DNA of 64,000 bases from contig OZ024742.1 of NCBI GenBank assembly GCA_964016885.1, forward strand, positions 106,826,001 through 106,890,000, in the 5' to 3' direction. Below the pieces are notes generated by a model. It did no database searches and was not told the DNA's origin. It saw only the letters and a list, made by a program, of their open reading frames with translations. Positions 26,121 to 39,142 of the stretch are shown one piece after another. Position 1 is the stretch's first letter. Each line of letters opens with the position of its first letter. The translations under genes were made by a program, and so were the position numbers. This stretch comes from Eledone cirrhosa (lineage: Eukaryota).

Positions 26121-27368
26121 TTTTTAGATGAATGACACTTGCACAAGGTGCCATGCTGTGAGATTGAACAAGGGACCTAATGATTGTGAAGTAGACCACT
26201 TAACCATTTGACTACACAGAGTCCACTGATACTGAGTAAAGGAACAACCATAACTAGAATAGCAGAGGGTTTCAAAAGATGGGGAAGAGGGAGGGAGAAT
26301 GCAGGTAGTCTCCAACATGCACACACCTACTGATGACTAAATTCTAGCTTGCTCATTTTTTCTGGTGGTGACCATTTGTTTTCCTAACCGAATATTTAAA
26401 GAAGAAAAACAATGAATCTGAAGTAAAACTCTTCCAAAATTCAAGGAAAAGAAAACCATATCCCTAAGATTCCAAAACCCACCCACCCTCCAAAAATAAA
26501 AATGCCACCCTAACTATTTCATGAATTTTTCACGAGCTAATATCATGGCAGAAGCTTTAAACTGAAAAACTACCCCACCTAACAGTCCTTCATATATATA
26601 TATTATCATCATCACTATTTAACATCCATTTTTCCACTCTAGTATGGGTTAGACGAGTTGTCCCATTTGAGATAAGTTAAGTCAGGTGATCATGTCTTGC
26701 TCACACACTATTTTTTTGCTTGGTTCTATGGCTAGATGCCCTTCCTAATGGCAACCACATGTACAGTGTGTACTGAGTGCTTTTTGTTGACATCAACATG
26801 ACCACTCTACAGTGAGGACTGGGCGCCTTTTGTCATGGTGCCAAAACCACCACTTTACAGTGTGGACTGGGGGCTGGGGCAAGGAGGAGGTGTAAAGAAA
26901 TGGGTGAAGGGTGGGGTGTTAGGGCGAGGGAGATATATGGAAGGAGGGAGCGTTAGGGCATGGGAAGTGTATGGCGGGGGGAGGGAAAGATAGTAGAAAG
27001 TGGTACATACTGAATGTATGCTTCAACCCATGCACATGCAAAGGCAGGTCTTCTATATTACTGCATAATGCCAAAGATCTTTATCCATTGTCATCATATG
27101 TATATATCGTCATTATCACCATTTTACATCTATCTTCCTTACTTATATTTAGTGCGGGCACCATGATAAAATATACCCAGTACACCAAGTAGAGTGCATG
27201 AACATATGTAAGAGAAATGCAGCCACCAAAGTTCACTTTGCCTTTCATTCTTTTGAGGTTAATAAATAAAGTACCAGGTTGATTCGCTCTCTCTCTCTCT
27301 CTCTCTCTCTCTCCCATCATCTCTTTGAAAAAATTTAAAAAATGCAAAACCATTTTGAAGAATCATAC

Positions 27369-27468
27369 CTTAGTGTAAGCCGAACTTGTTCGTGGATGTT
27401 TATCTCGTTTGTTAAGTTCAACAGAGATTTCATGGCCCAACTTAGAGCAGCTTTCCTGCTTAGTCAAC
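27369..27468 (-). CDS. STX8: Syntaxin-8 coding exon 2
   Basis: 100-nt exon, ttttcag|G...AAG|gtatga, encoding (W)LTKQESCSKLGHEISVELNKRDKHPRTSSAYTK; in phase with exons 1 and 3. Confidence 0.9.
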
Positions 27469-27769
27469 CTGAAAATCAAAGTAGGGTATAAGTGATAAAG
27501 AAAGAGTGGACATTAAAAGCAAAAGGTCAATTATATGTTGCAGAAACAACATATATGCTGACACAGATATGTGATGAACTTAGACAATAAGTGGTGGGTT
27601 AAAAATAACTTGTTTTTGTTGTTATTTAAGACCAGTTCTGTCCTCAATGTTCTAACTTCCTTTTTTATTTTTATTTTTTGTTTCATATATAGTGTATTCA
27701 TAAGACATATTAGTGCAGTGTAATATGAGAGAAAGGCAAAGCTTGGACAAGCTGAGGGAGAAGCTGGGT

Positions 27770-27970
27770 TTAAGAGGAATCCAATGTGGTATCCAGGATG
27801 TATTGGTATGGACATGTGATGTACATGGATGATGATCGCTGGCTGAAGAAGTGCCAGAAATCTCAGTGGAAGGAAACCACAGTAGAGGTAGACCAATGAA
27901 GACATGGGCAGAGGTTGTGAGAGCTGATCTCAAGTCACTGTGACTCACTGAAGCGATGACAAAGGAACTG
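27770..27970 (+). mobile_element. Degraded RTE LINE 3' fragment
   Basis: tggtatggacatgtgatg and agaggtagaccaatgaagacatgggcagagg match 52757-52920. Confidence 0.8.
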
Positions 27971-29699
27971 TGCTGTGCTGAAAAGGACCCAGTCCAATGT
28001 AAGGTTGTAGGGCTGTAGCCCTGAAAAAAATCACCCAGTCTACCCTGTAATGTGGTTGTGTGAGGCATAATTTGAATCTCTTGCTCAATATATCACTTTA
28101 GAGACTACACCTATTTCCCTTCCACTTCTTAGATACATGCTCCTGTTTCTATGACACCCCATTTCTCCTATTCACTGTAAACTGCCCATGTAACATGAGA
28201 TGGCATTGGGTCTGTTAAATTATATCATCTTTATGATGCTCACCCAGTCCCCTATTCATTGCACCACGCCTCATCATTAGACTTGTCTTGTCCATGTGCC
28301 TAAACATATGACTCTACTTCTCTCTCCTCATAACACTACTTCTGATAAACATCCATCATTCTCCACCACCATTCTTTCTCTGTCACCAGAAAACTTGCAG
28401 CTGGTATTACTGTTTCTTTTCCATTATTCCTCATCTTTACACTGTTTCTACCATCATACTCTCACTCCGTCCTTCCAACACTCCTTGCCATTAGTGTCTC
28501 TCTTCCATTATCCCCTCCAATATTCACTCTCTCTGTCTCCAACATCCAGCTGTAGAAGCCATGTTAAAAATGAAACAAGGGAGTTGTCATTCCCTGACCC
28601 ATACAGAAGGGCAGTAACTCAGAATAAAAACCCAACCAGAACTGTTCAATAAATATCAATATGGAAATTATCATCATCGTCATCATCATGGGTTTCCCTT
28701 CTAGTTATTTTTTCGATACGCTGGGATATGGTGTACCTATGCTGGGATATGGTGTACCTATTCTAAAGGAAAGTTAATGTAACATGATGATATATGATGA
28801 TACACACACCCGGTAGGCATTTTTGCAACTTCCATCTAATAAATGTCATTCACTAAACTTGGATCAACCAAAAGCTAAGATAGAAGACCTTTGTTCAAGG
28901 AGCTGCAGTGAAATTAAACTCACAACCATATCGTTGTGAAGTGAAGTTTGTAACTACAGAGTCATACCTTCACTCATATAAGAAACAAAAAAATAATTTT
29001 AAAAAATAAAAAATGTCCACTAATCTCCTAAGTACATTTTTTTAAAGATGATGACTAGCTCCAGGTTCCTGTTATCAGTCAGATAGGATAACTGCCTGTC
29101 ACAGGTAATAAAGAACTACTACATATTTCTGACATCTAGCTAGACTGAGACACAGACAGTTAAGTATACCAACCAATGTGCATGTTACATGCATATAAAT
29201 GCACATGCAAATGCATACACACATGTATATATATATATATTGTTCATGCCATCAGCACTAGAGAGGTTGTCTTTCTGGACTTGAGAGTCCTCTCCACCTT
29301 ATATCAGTTTTTATTCAGAGTCTACTCTCCTAGACAGGTTTCCTTCACTACAGCTTACGGATTCCACATTATTTATTTATATATGTGTGTGTGCTGGTGC
29401 CACGACAAAAAGCACCCAGTCCACCCTGTATCATAGTAGTGCCTGGATCACAAAATAAAACTCCTAGTATATGCTGTAAAGCACTTGGCATTAGGAAGGA
29501 CATCCAAGTGTAGAAACCAAGTCAAAAATGGAATGTTCAAGCAAGACATGGTCATCTGAACTGTCTAGCCTTATAACATGACAACCCATATAAGCATGGA
29601 AAATCGATGTTAAACGGTGATGATATCTAATTTTATTTATAATTTAGATGCTTATGGAAGTCAGGTTAATCCACATGGCCCCACCATAAATGAAACTTA

Positions 29700-30270
29700 A
29701 GGGTCAGTACACCTCGTGGTGACAGTCGACAGAATCAAGAAGACATTGCCCCGGAGGATGGCAAGTGAGATGTGCTGAAACAGCTACTCCACCTCACACC
29801 TACGAGCAGCCAATTCCACTCCAATAACAGTGAGCAGGGATGTGGTCCGGGGGTCAAGAACACCAGAAGTCTTAACTGCCAAAGGTTCAATCACAAACCT
29901 ATCAGAGAGTGACCGATACTTTGACAGTTTTCCTTCTTCGTCCTGGCAGGCAGCGAAGCCTGAGCGGGTAGGCGAATATACCAGGTTGCCGCTAGAGGTG
30001 TCACATGTAGCATCCCAGATGAGGGACCTACGCCCTACAGATCAAGATTGTCATGCTGTCTGACCTTTTGATGTCTCCTTGGTCCAGTCCCACTGGCACA
30101 AGTTGGGAATGGAAGCCTGCACCGTCCAGGTCATGCTTTACGATCTTGTTGAGAGCAACATGATGGTGTGGGAGGCGGTCAGCATTGTAACAGCATGACT
30201 GTTGTTGGAGACTCAGGGAAACACCAATGCACAAGCAGTTGTTGTCCAGCTGGGTGCCAATATAACAAAA
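29700..30270 (-). mobile_element. Degraded CRE/R2-group non-LTR retrotransposon 3' fragment (RLE endonuclease)
   Basis: HHHVALNKIVK, LDQGDIKRSDSMTI, LIWDATCDT and FQHISLAILRGN; homologous to 39560-40240. Confidence 0.75.
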
Positions 30271-32196
30271 CAAACATGCACACAGCTATATACTTCATAT
30301 ACTAACATAAATAATACAAAATTGTGTATGAAGTATATGTCCCTCACCTGACAACACTAATTGACTGTAATACTTAGAAAAACAAAACTATTTATATACC
30401 GAGTTATATGTATTTTATGTTTATCTGTTTTATTGATTAGTCATAAAAGTCTCAGTGAAATATTGTAGAATAATTTGTCTAATAGAAATAGTGAATCTGT
30501 ATTTATATCAAGTTAGCACTATCATTAAGGTCGCCCATGTCCTCGAGAAAGGCACGAATGATAAGCATTCTTATTTGCACCTACCACAACTACCACCACC
30601 CTTAAAATAAGTCTCTACACTTAACCTGCTAGAGATAGCAGCCAAATCTCTCAAATTACAATCTACCATCTTGAAATAGGGAAAAAGACACATTGGATTA
30701 TGTGTTCCTGGAAATAGCTAAAAAGACGAGGCGATCCTGACTAGAATGCTTGCGATCATAGTTGACTAGGGGCTGGCTCGTCGCCAGACATCGGTGCTCG
30801 AGGAGGGGGCAGGGGCAGAACTTTCTGAGTGGGTGCTCTAATTCGAATTGAAATTCTTTGACCAGTTTCTTTACTTTTTGTTTGTTTTAAATTTATTTTT
30901 GTTGTTTTGAGATGAAAAATTTGTAAAGTCAAGACTTCAAGGAACGTATTTTATAAACTCTATTTTTTAAATATGAGGGTGCACCATTGAAAATTAGGGG
31001 GGTGGGGGACAGTGACATCCAGGACACTAGTCCTTGGTGACGGGGCCGACTTGGCAAGGGGATGTAGTAAACAACAACAACCATCTTATAAAACTAGGAG
31101 ATTGTAACCTTTATAAACCATATTTTATCAGCTGTTGTCGAATCAGCTGAACAGTGTGTTCAGTGGCTAACGTAGAGAGGATCCATCAGAAACAAGACTG
31201 CTTTCAATACAATGAATCTGAAGGCGTGGACCAAAGTCGATTTACACCAATATGCTTTAAACCTGTAAGGTACAGTTGAACCCCAAATCCTGAAATTACC
31301 TCTAAACTGGAAACTGTAACAGTCGTTAAATCGAAAGTAGTGAAAATACAAAGAAGGCCTTTTTACCCAATTGTATTTAACACAAAAGTGCAATCATAGT
31401 ATTAGTCGTTGTTTGGATCCAACTAGGACGTGATCGATTGATCGATTCATCGGATCTGTGATTAAATGATTCCCGACTGTCTTGTCATTTGTTTTGTTTT
31501 GTTTTGTTTTTTGTTTTGTTTTTTGTTTTGTTTTTTGTTTGTTTGTCTTTTGCTTTTGTTTGATGTCTTGTTTTAAGACTAGGGGGTGTGATTTAAGAAA
31601 GATCCATCAGTTATACACAGTCAAACGACTGTGTGCAGTGATTGACCATTTTAACTCTGAAAAGGATGGATGTTATTTTAACAATAAACACGACAATATC
31701 AAACCACTGTTTTGTAATGATCACCGAAAATAGGTTACACAAAAGCAAATGAGAATTAAAAATGAGTTTGTGGGGAAGCTTAGAGGAAATCTGATTTGAG
31801 TTGGAGAACTAAAAATAAATAAATATACGAGATTAATGGATCTTCGTCTTTATAAACAAATCTAGTATCCGGAACTAGGAAGTTAAAGGAGAGACCTAAT
31901 GTAGGTGTCAGAAGTAGAAACTATTTAAGTATAGACCTTAAAACAAGTTTAGTGTCCAGTATATACAGCGCCAGATATCATCACGAGATTATTGTTTTAT
32001 CAACAACAATAAATAATCACGGGATGAAGACAGCTGTAGGCGACACCTCATATACAGTTAGAAAGAAACTGTCACAATAACAATAATAGTTCTAAAAATA
32101 GTAAATACATTCCTATTAACACAACTACTAAATTTAGAAAGAAATAATCCAATATTTTTTGTCATCGTGATAAAAATCAAATTAAAATTCACTCAC

Positions 32197-32213
32197 CATG
32201 GATCGGAAGGCAT
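32197..32213 (-). CDS. STX8: Syntaxin-8 coding exon 1 (start codon)
   Basis: ATG CCT TCC GAT CCA TG|gtgagt gives MPSDPW, compared with vertebrate MAPDPW; good start context aaaATG. Confidence 0.88.
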
Positions 32214-32300
32214 TTTCAACTTGTCTTACGGAAGACAAAATGGCATGAGCACTCGTTCAGCTTACACCGGCGGTTGTATTATATATGATGTTGCCTACGA
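32214..32300 (-). promoter_or_regulatory. Probable STX8 5' UTR and core promoter
   Basis: Directly upstream of the ATG; YY1-like GCCATTTT at ~32237-32244; local CpG enrichment. The TSS cannot be determined from sequence. Confidence 0.5.
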
Positions 32301-33016
32301 AATATTTCACCACCAAAATATATATTTTTTTAATGATAGGTGGGAAATAAACTCCGTCAAAACAATAGCAGGACTATATTTGCAGTCTACTCTGATTCCA
32401 TAGTGGTACTAATGAGCGAGATTTGTAACTAATTTTTTTTTTTTTCGTGTCGAAATAATAAACTTCGAAAAACCTTCCTGGTGTGTTTTGTTTTTGTATA
32501 AACAGCTTTGTAAAATAAAATAAAGATAAGTACAACGTTAAAAGAAAGACTATCCATTCAACACATGTTGATTCATAATGAAGTTCAACTAAAGCAAACA
32601 AAATACAGTCCCGTGCTGACTTGTATGGGAAGGCTTTTAACACATAATTTTATATTTGCTCCAAATAGTTTGAATATTTGATAAATTTATAGGACACCCC
32701 CACCGACTACAGTTGGAAGTAAGTTTTTTTTTTCCTCGATGTTTCGTGTGCTATCAATTAAACTTACCTTCTAATGTGCTGCAAATTACTTTTTTTCCCT
32801 TGAAAGAGAGGGGGTGATTTGGGGACTTTTCACACACTCGCGCCGAAGTTTTCTTTATCATTTTTTCAATGGGTATTTTTGTGTTACCAACTAATCTTAC
32901 CTCCGAAAATGCTGCAAAGGGACTTTTTCCCCACCTGAAAACTGAATTTATTTTATCCCACCCCTCAACCCTAACTCCAACTCTCTAGCCACATATGTCT
33001 ATTTACAAAAGATTAA

Positions 33017-33098
33017 CAACAGCATTGGGATTCGAACCCACTTCTCCGGAGAGACTGGTGCCTAAAACCAGCGCCTTAGACGACTCGGCCACACTACC
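33017..33098 (-). pseudogene. tRNA-Leu(TAG)-like, probably a pseudogene
   Basis: 82 nt, colinear with the intact gene at 39061; anticodon TAG; mismatches in the acceptor and T stems. Confidence 0.75.
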
Positions 33099-33519
33099 AT
33101 ATTATAACTCGGCTATTGTATTTTACTTTTAACAATGTTTCTTGTTTGAAAATATTTCACTGTTAAGACAATTAAAATTAGTTGCCATTGGAAAATGTTG
33201 AAAGACTCATTTAATTCTTAATTTTTTTAACCAAAAGTTGTCTCTCTTATGTTACTTGAAAATAATTGCCATTATCAAAAGTTTTAACATCAATAATTTC
33301 TTATAATGGGTTAAATTTCAATTAGAACTTTTGGTTGTCTAACAGTACCATGAGCGTGAATCTGTGCATGTATCTATGTGTGTGTGTGTGTGTGTGTTTC
33401 TGTTTGTGTGCGTTTTTGTATGAATTTGTTTTCTTTTCAGGCTCTGAGAAAACCCTGCAGACAAGGATAACAGATATTTTTTTAAAACGCTCTTTATTTC
33501 TTACAAAACCTTTAAAATA

Positions 33520-33765
33520 TGTGGGGCTGTCGTGGGGGGAGATTGCCGAAGGCTGGGGGACGCCTGACCGGAAGCATGAGGACGAGTGACGTCACACGAG
33601 GGTCGATGACCTGCTCTCCTGTGCCCTTATGCCAGCAGTTCGCGTGGTGTGTAGCTGTGTTGTGTAGAAGGAAGATTAAGTCGGATGCACTGCACGTGGA
33701 GAGTGGAACGACTCTGGCCAAAGTGATTCGAAGACGCAAGGTAAGTCCGAACGCCTCCGGCTATA
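33520..33765 (+). mobile_element. Solo LTR of a subfamily related to the adjacent Gypsy element
   Basis: Begins tgtgggg and ends agacgcaaggtaagtccgaacgcctccggctata; shares gggggacgc..gaccggaagca; near-TSD aaata/aaatg. Confidence 0.82.
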
Positions 33766-33865
33766 AAATGTCTTCAATATAATTGGTAAGAACGGTACAA
33801 TGTATGTGTATAGACAACCTTTGGAGAGCCTAAATGTCAGCTTCATCTTATATGAAAAAAATAAA

Positions 33866-33947
33866 TGGCATCGATGGGATCTGAACCCACGCCTCCTAAG
33901 GAACTTATGCCTTAAACCAGCGTTTTAGACCGCTCAGCCACGCTAAC
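33866..33947 (-). pseudogene. tRNA-Leu(AAG) pseudogene
   Basis: 82 nt, colinear with 39061-39142; the B box and several stems are mutated. Confidence 0.75.
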
Positions 33948-34569
33948 ATGATGACGCTAGCGTCCAGTTATATAGTATTGTGAACACAAAATCAAGATGG
34001 TACAGGATAGAACATAGGAGAGACAGAAAATATCAACATAGCTAGTCATTGAGGTCACAAAATGTGTGATGAAAGAGCTTTGAAAATCAGAAACTGAACA
34101 ACCATCCTGTTATTAAACAAACCAACGGGGAGTTTTTAATAAACTGAAGTGCATGTGTTTTAATCGGCAGCATGACCACCCCTGTGGAGTTGCCGTGAGA
34201 TAGAGAGGGGTGCAGTGCTGCCGTGGGAGGGGGATTGCCAGAAGTTGGGGGAACACGCTTGACCGGAAGCAAGAGGACGGGGACGACTCGAGGCATCAGG
34301 CCGTGAACAGCCCCCTCTCAGCTACAGGCCCTGCAAGGTGATGGAGGTGTGAAGACAGACGCAAGTGGAAAGTACACCACGTGGACGGTGGAACCAGCGA
34401 TAGAGAGACGCAAGGTAAGTCCGAATGCCTCCGGCAACAAGCTATTTCGGCGTTTAATGAATTTTCCCATCTTTCGGCATTCTTACTCCCGGCACGACAG
34501 CCTTTTAGTTTAACTTTAAAAAAAAATGTTTTTGTTCTTTTTCGTGGGGTATCGTTGTTGACATTTTTC

Positions 34570-35290
34570 CGAGATTGAATAGCGAGACGATCAAGGCTTT
34601 TAACGGCGAAGGAGATGTTGTGGCCTGGTTGATAAAGGTTACATTGGTTGCCTCGCTGTAAGGCATTGAGAACGTTGCTGGTTTGATCGCTCTATATCTC
34701 GACAGGGATGCCCTAGCACTGTACCCCGAGATGGACCAGAGAGGCCAACTGTGCGGAGAGGATAGGGCAGCCAATAAAACAAGATTTCACCGAGGGGCCG
34801 TACGCTGCTTTTGCCAAGCTAGGCAGAGCGAGATGGAAGGTAGAGCACGTGGACGTGTTCGCGACAGAGTTACGGCGGTTGGCTACGTTGGCCGGATTCG
34901 CGGTAAAACGCGAATGTGCCGTGCGGTTAGCTTTTATGAACGGGTTCTCCGGCGAAATCTCCGTGAGGCTCTAGCAGCTGCCCGGCAACAGAGATATGAG
35001 CATGAGCGAGCTCATCGCACAGGCCCGCTTAATTACACAGGACACGAGGTGGAGTGCTGCAGCGCTGGCAGCGACGGAAGCCCATGACAGTAGACAGCGA
35101 CCGACGTAAGACGAAAAGAGACTAGCCGCTGTGAATAGTCGTCCGCGTGCGTTCGGAGGCCGGTGCTTCAGGTGCTAGGGCCCGCACATGGCAAGGGACT
35201 GCAGAGAGCCGAAGCCAGCCATGGTCTGCTATCGCTGCAAGCAACTAGGCCACATCGCTAATAATTTTGACCAGGGAAATGGTCTAAGGG
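34570..35290 (+). pseudogene. gag remnant with two zinc knuckles
   Basis: IKAFNGEGDVVAWL at the N-terminus; CFRC*GPHMARDC and CYRCKQLGHIA knuckles; stops and frameshifts. Confidence 0.75.
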
Positions 35291-35336
35291 GGACTACTGC
35301 GCCGGTAGCCATTTCTGAGGGCGAGTAGAGGCGCCT

Positions 35337-37780
35337 TTGCAGTCGCTGCCCGTAGTGGAAGTTCTGGTGAGGGGTAAGCCATCGCGAGCACTCGTGGACA
35401 CGGGTTGCACGACAACACTAGTGACCACGGAGGTGGTTAAAAAGTGGTTCGGGATGAGCAGTATAAGGTCAGTAGACGGCAGGGAGATTAGATGCAGAGG
35501 TAGCAGTGAGGTGTCGATGGTGGTACGGGGAAGAAAAATTAGGCTTCGGGCGATAGTGATTGACCAGGTGGTGGACGGAATCGATGTAGTAATGGGCATG
35601 GATGTGATTGGCTGCCTTGGAGGTGTTACAGTGAGTGAAGTCGGGGTGACGTTTGGTAGTGAGAGGACATCATGTGCTGGGAGAATCCACGAAGAAAATA
35701 CCATACAGGACAAGGATTTCAAGGCGGTGTTAGATGGGCAGCGGTGGGTAATTGAGTGGTACTGGAAGGGAGATCCACCAACGCTGAAGAATAGAGTGGG
35801 CTGCTATCAGCATACCCTAAAAGGAAAATGCCAGAAGCGAGTTTGAGGGAGAGGTACAGAGATGGATCGAGGAGGGTATACTGATTCCTTGGAAGGAGGT
35901 GAAGTGGTGAGTGTTGCCGCTGATGGCAGTGGTGCAGCCCACGAAGAACATGGTTAGGCCGGTGATGGACTTTCGTGAGCTGAACGAACACGTGTCATGC
36001 CACACAGGTGGTGAGGTCACGGATGTTTGCGGGGAAACTTTGCGTGAGTGGAGACGAATGACGAGGGCCTCCACGATTGTCAACTTAAAGTCGGCATATC
36101 TGAAGTTACACGTGGATGAGAAGCTGTGGAAATATCAGCTGGTCAGGTATAAGGGCCAGACATACTGCCTGACCAGGCTTGGCTTCGGGTTGAACTCTGC
36201 ACCAAAAATCATGGCGACGGTCCTCAAGGCCATTCTGGGGAAAGCAGACAAGGTGAAGAGGGCCACCAACTCCTACATCGACGACATCTTGGTGGACGAG
36301 ACGGTAGTGTCAGCAGCAGAGGTCTCAGGCCATTTGGGAAGGTTCGGGCTGACCGCGAAACCGCCGGAGGCGATGGAAGGAGGAGCCGCGCAAGGACTCA
36401 AGCTGCAAAGGGATAAGACGGGTACACTGGTGTTTCGGAGGGGTAACGAAGTCCTGGAACTGGGCCCTGATATGAATAGACGGGAACTCTTCTCAATGTG
36501 TGGTAAATTGGTGGGCCACTATGCGATCGCAGGGTGGCTCCGGATGGCATGCAGCTATGTCAAGAGACGAGCAGACGGAGTGAGCTGGGGTGACAGGGTT
36601 GGAGAGAGGACAGTGGCCATGATGCGGGAAATCGTGGAGAGGGTAAAAGCGGATGACCCAGTGAGAGGACGCTGGTACGTCCCCAAATCGGAGAGCGGAA
36701 CCGTATGGTGTGATGCCAGCAGCATAGCACTAGGGGGCGTCGAGGTCGAGGACGCAGCTTGGCTCAGGAAGAAGGAGGACTACAACCATATCAACGTGGC
36801 CAAACTGGATGTTGTGCTGAGAGGGGTGAATCTCGCCCTGAGATGGGGGATGCGCACTATAGAAATTCGCACTGACTCGGCCACTGTACTTGGATGGGTG
36901 AAATCAGTGCTTACCAGTGAGAGGAGGGTGTGAACGAGAGGGGCAGCAGAAATGTTGATAAAGCGCCGCCTGGGAACTCTGGGAGAGCTGTCCACCGAGT
37001 TCGGCCTGGAGTTGAGTGTAGTTTGTGTACCCTCAGAGTAAAACAGGGCAGACGTATTAACCAGGGTGAAGAAAGCCTGGCTGAAAACGCCAGAGAACGC
37101 GGAGAAGGAGATAGCAGCAGTGTGTCGGCTGAATGATTTTGAGTTGAGGAGACTGTACGCCATGCACCATATGGGAGTGGATAGGACACTGTTCCTAGCC
37201 AGAAGAATCAACTCTGATGTTAGCAGACAGTGTCCAGAGAGTGGTCGGGGGTTGTGACAGATGCCAGTCTATCGACCCTGCCCCGGGTGTGTACGAGACA
37301 GGAAGAATCTCGGTGGAGCACAACTGGAAGTGATTAGCGGTGGACGTGACACACTACCGACAAGGAACGTATCTTTCGATGGTCGATTGTGGGCCGAGAC
37401 GGATGGCGATATGGAGGGAAAGGAAGACAGGGACTGCGGAGGAAATCGTGCGGACGCTGAGAGAGATATTCTTGGAGCGGGGCCCTGTGGAGGAACTGAT
37501 GATGGACAACAGCACGGCGTTTCGGTGGAGAGAGAGAGCGCATTTGTACGAGTGGGCGAAGAGGTATGGGTCAAGCCCCCGAACTTGCGTTGCACATCTC
37601 AATGGGGGAAAGGGAATAGTAACCGCCGTAAATTCCCAAAACAACGTGTCTGTGGACGGAATGCCACGTCACGTCTCGGACATCCGTAGAGTCGTTGTGG
37701 TGGCGGACTCCGAGGAAGAGGAAAACGAAAGTGCCGCGCCCAACAGTGCGGAGATCGCAACGGAGCCGCCGCTAACCTAG
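35337..37780 (+). pseudogene. pol remnant (protease, RT, RNase H, partially deleted integrase)
   Basis: ALVDTGC; RPVMDFRELN, RLGFGLNSAP, SYIDDIL; WCDAS, RTDS; HHMGVDRT, MDVTHY, LMMDNSTAF. Several stops and frameshifts. Confidence 0.9.
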
Positions 37781-38627
37781 GTGGATGGCGGATTTTGAGA
37801 TGAGGAAGTGTGATGGGGGATTGATCCTTGAGATCATGGGAGGCGTGTGGGGTTGCCGTGAGATAGAGGGGGGGGGTAGAACTGCTGTGCGAGGGGGATT
37901 GCCGGAAGTTGGGGGACGCTTGACCGGAAGCAGGAGGACGGGGACGACTCGAGGCATCAGGTCGTGAACAGCCCCCTCTCAGCTACAGGCCCTAAAGGTG
38001 ACGGACGTGTGAAAACAGACGCAAGTGGAAAGTACCCCCACGTGGATGATGGAACCAGCGATTGAGAGACGCAAGGTAAGTTCGAATGCCTCCGGCTACA
38101 ACCCCAAAGTAAAACAATATGTATATATATAGCGATTATTTGTTTGGTCGAGGTAGTGAGTTGATTTTATTGTGGTGTTGATTCGTTTGTTGTGTGCGTG
38201 CTCACGTGTAGCTTGCTGTGTCGTGCGGTCACTGTGGTGTGATACAGTGTGACCAGAGATAGCTTGTGTGCAGTTAAGTTAGTAAGTGTTCAATAAGATG
38301 ATATGATAGTTCCTTGATCACGCAGAAAATGAATATATATAAATGAACCACGATGACACGAAACCGCTATATTATTAATTTATTGAAAATAAATCACGCC
38401 GGAGTTATACTAAGAATACACAGGAATTATGTACGTTATTTGTTGGTTTGTAAAAGTAGAATTAAATTATATTTACCAAGAAAATTTCAAGAACTTCACT
38501 GTCTTGGTTAAGAGCGAGACCAACAGCTAGAGATTGGGTGAAAGAGAGAAAGTTTGAGACTGTGAACCCCAGGGGTCTGTAGAAAATGATAATCTACATG
38601 TTTGCTCTATCAAGAACTGCTTCGAAC

Positions 38628-38786
38628 CAGGGCAGTCTTAACGCATGGGTACGCTGGGCAGTTACCCGGGGGCCCCACGAGGATAGGGGCCCATTTGTAT
38701 TTTTATTCCTGTGAGTGGTTGTGTAGGTAGGGGGCCCCAGTGCTCTGCTTTTCCCGGGGACCTATAATGCTGTTAAGACGACCCTG
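38628..38786. mobile_element. hAT-type MITE
   Basis: TIRs cagggcagtcttaac / gttaagacgaccctg; perfect 8-bp TSD cttcgaac. Confidence 0.88.
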
Positions 38787-39060
38787 CTTCGAACTGATTT
38801 CCGCTATTTATATCTGTCGCTACCTCTGTCTCCTGGTCGTCCACTCTCAGAATTGTTTACGCCCGAAAGGAGATAACCCAAAAAATGACCGTTAAATTTC
38901 ACCCAGGGGTCAAGGTGTGGCCAGATTTTGCTACATATATATATATACATATGTATAGAAGAACTTTAAAATATTCAGTAGGAACGGTGCAACTTACTAC
39001 GTATAGTCTTTCCCTAAAAGACCGTTACGTCTATTTACAAAATATATATTTAAATTATAT

Positions 39061-39142
39061 TGGCAGCGGTGGGATTCGAACCCACGCCTCCGAAGAGACT
39101 GGTGCCTTAAACCAGCGCCTTAGACCGCTCGGCCACGCTACC
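39061..39142 (-). tRNA. tRNA-Leu(AAG)
   Basis: GGTAGCGTGGCCGAGCGGTCTAAGGCGCTGGTTTAAGGCACCAGTCTCTTCGGAGGCGTGGGTTCGAATCCCACCGCTGCCA: intact cloverleaf with long variable arm, A and B boxes, and TTTT ~19 nt downstream. Confidence 0.96.

Larger units (their letters stand above)
34183..38100 (+). mobile_element. Ty3/Gypsy LTR retrotransposon, both LTRs present, coding region decayed (3.9 kb)
   Basis: TG...CA LTRs at 34183-34439 and 37846-38100 (roughly 90% alike by eye); perfect 5-bp TSD acccc; purine-rich atgggaggcg before the 3' LTR; domain order gag-PR-RT-RH-IN. Confidence 0.95.
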
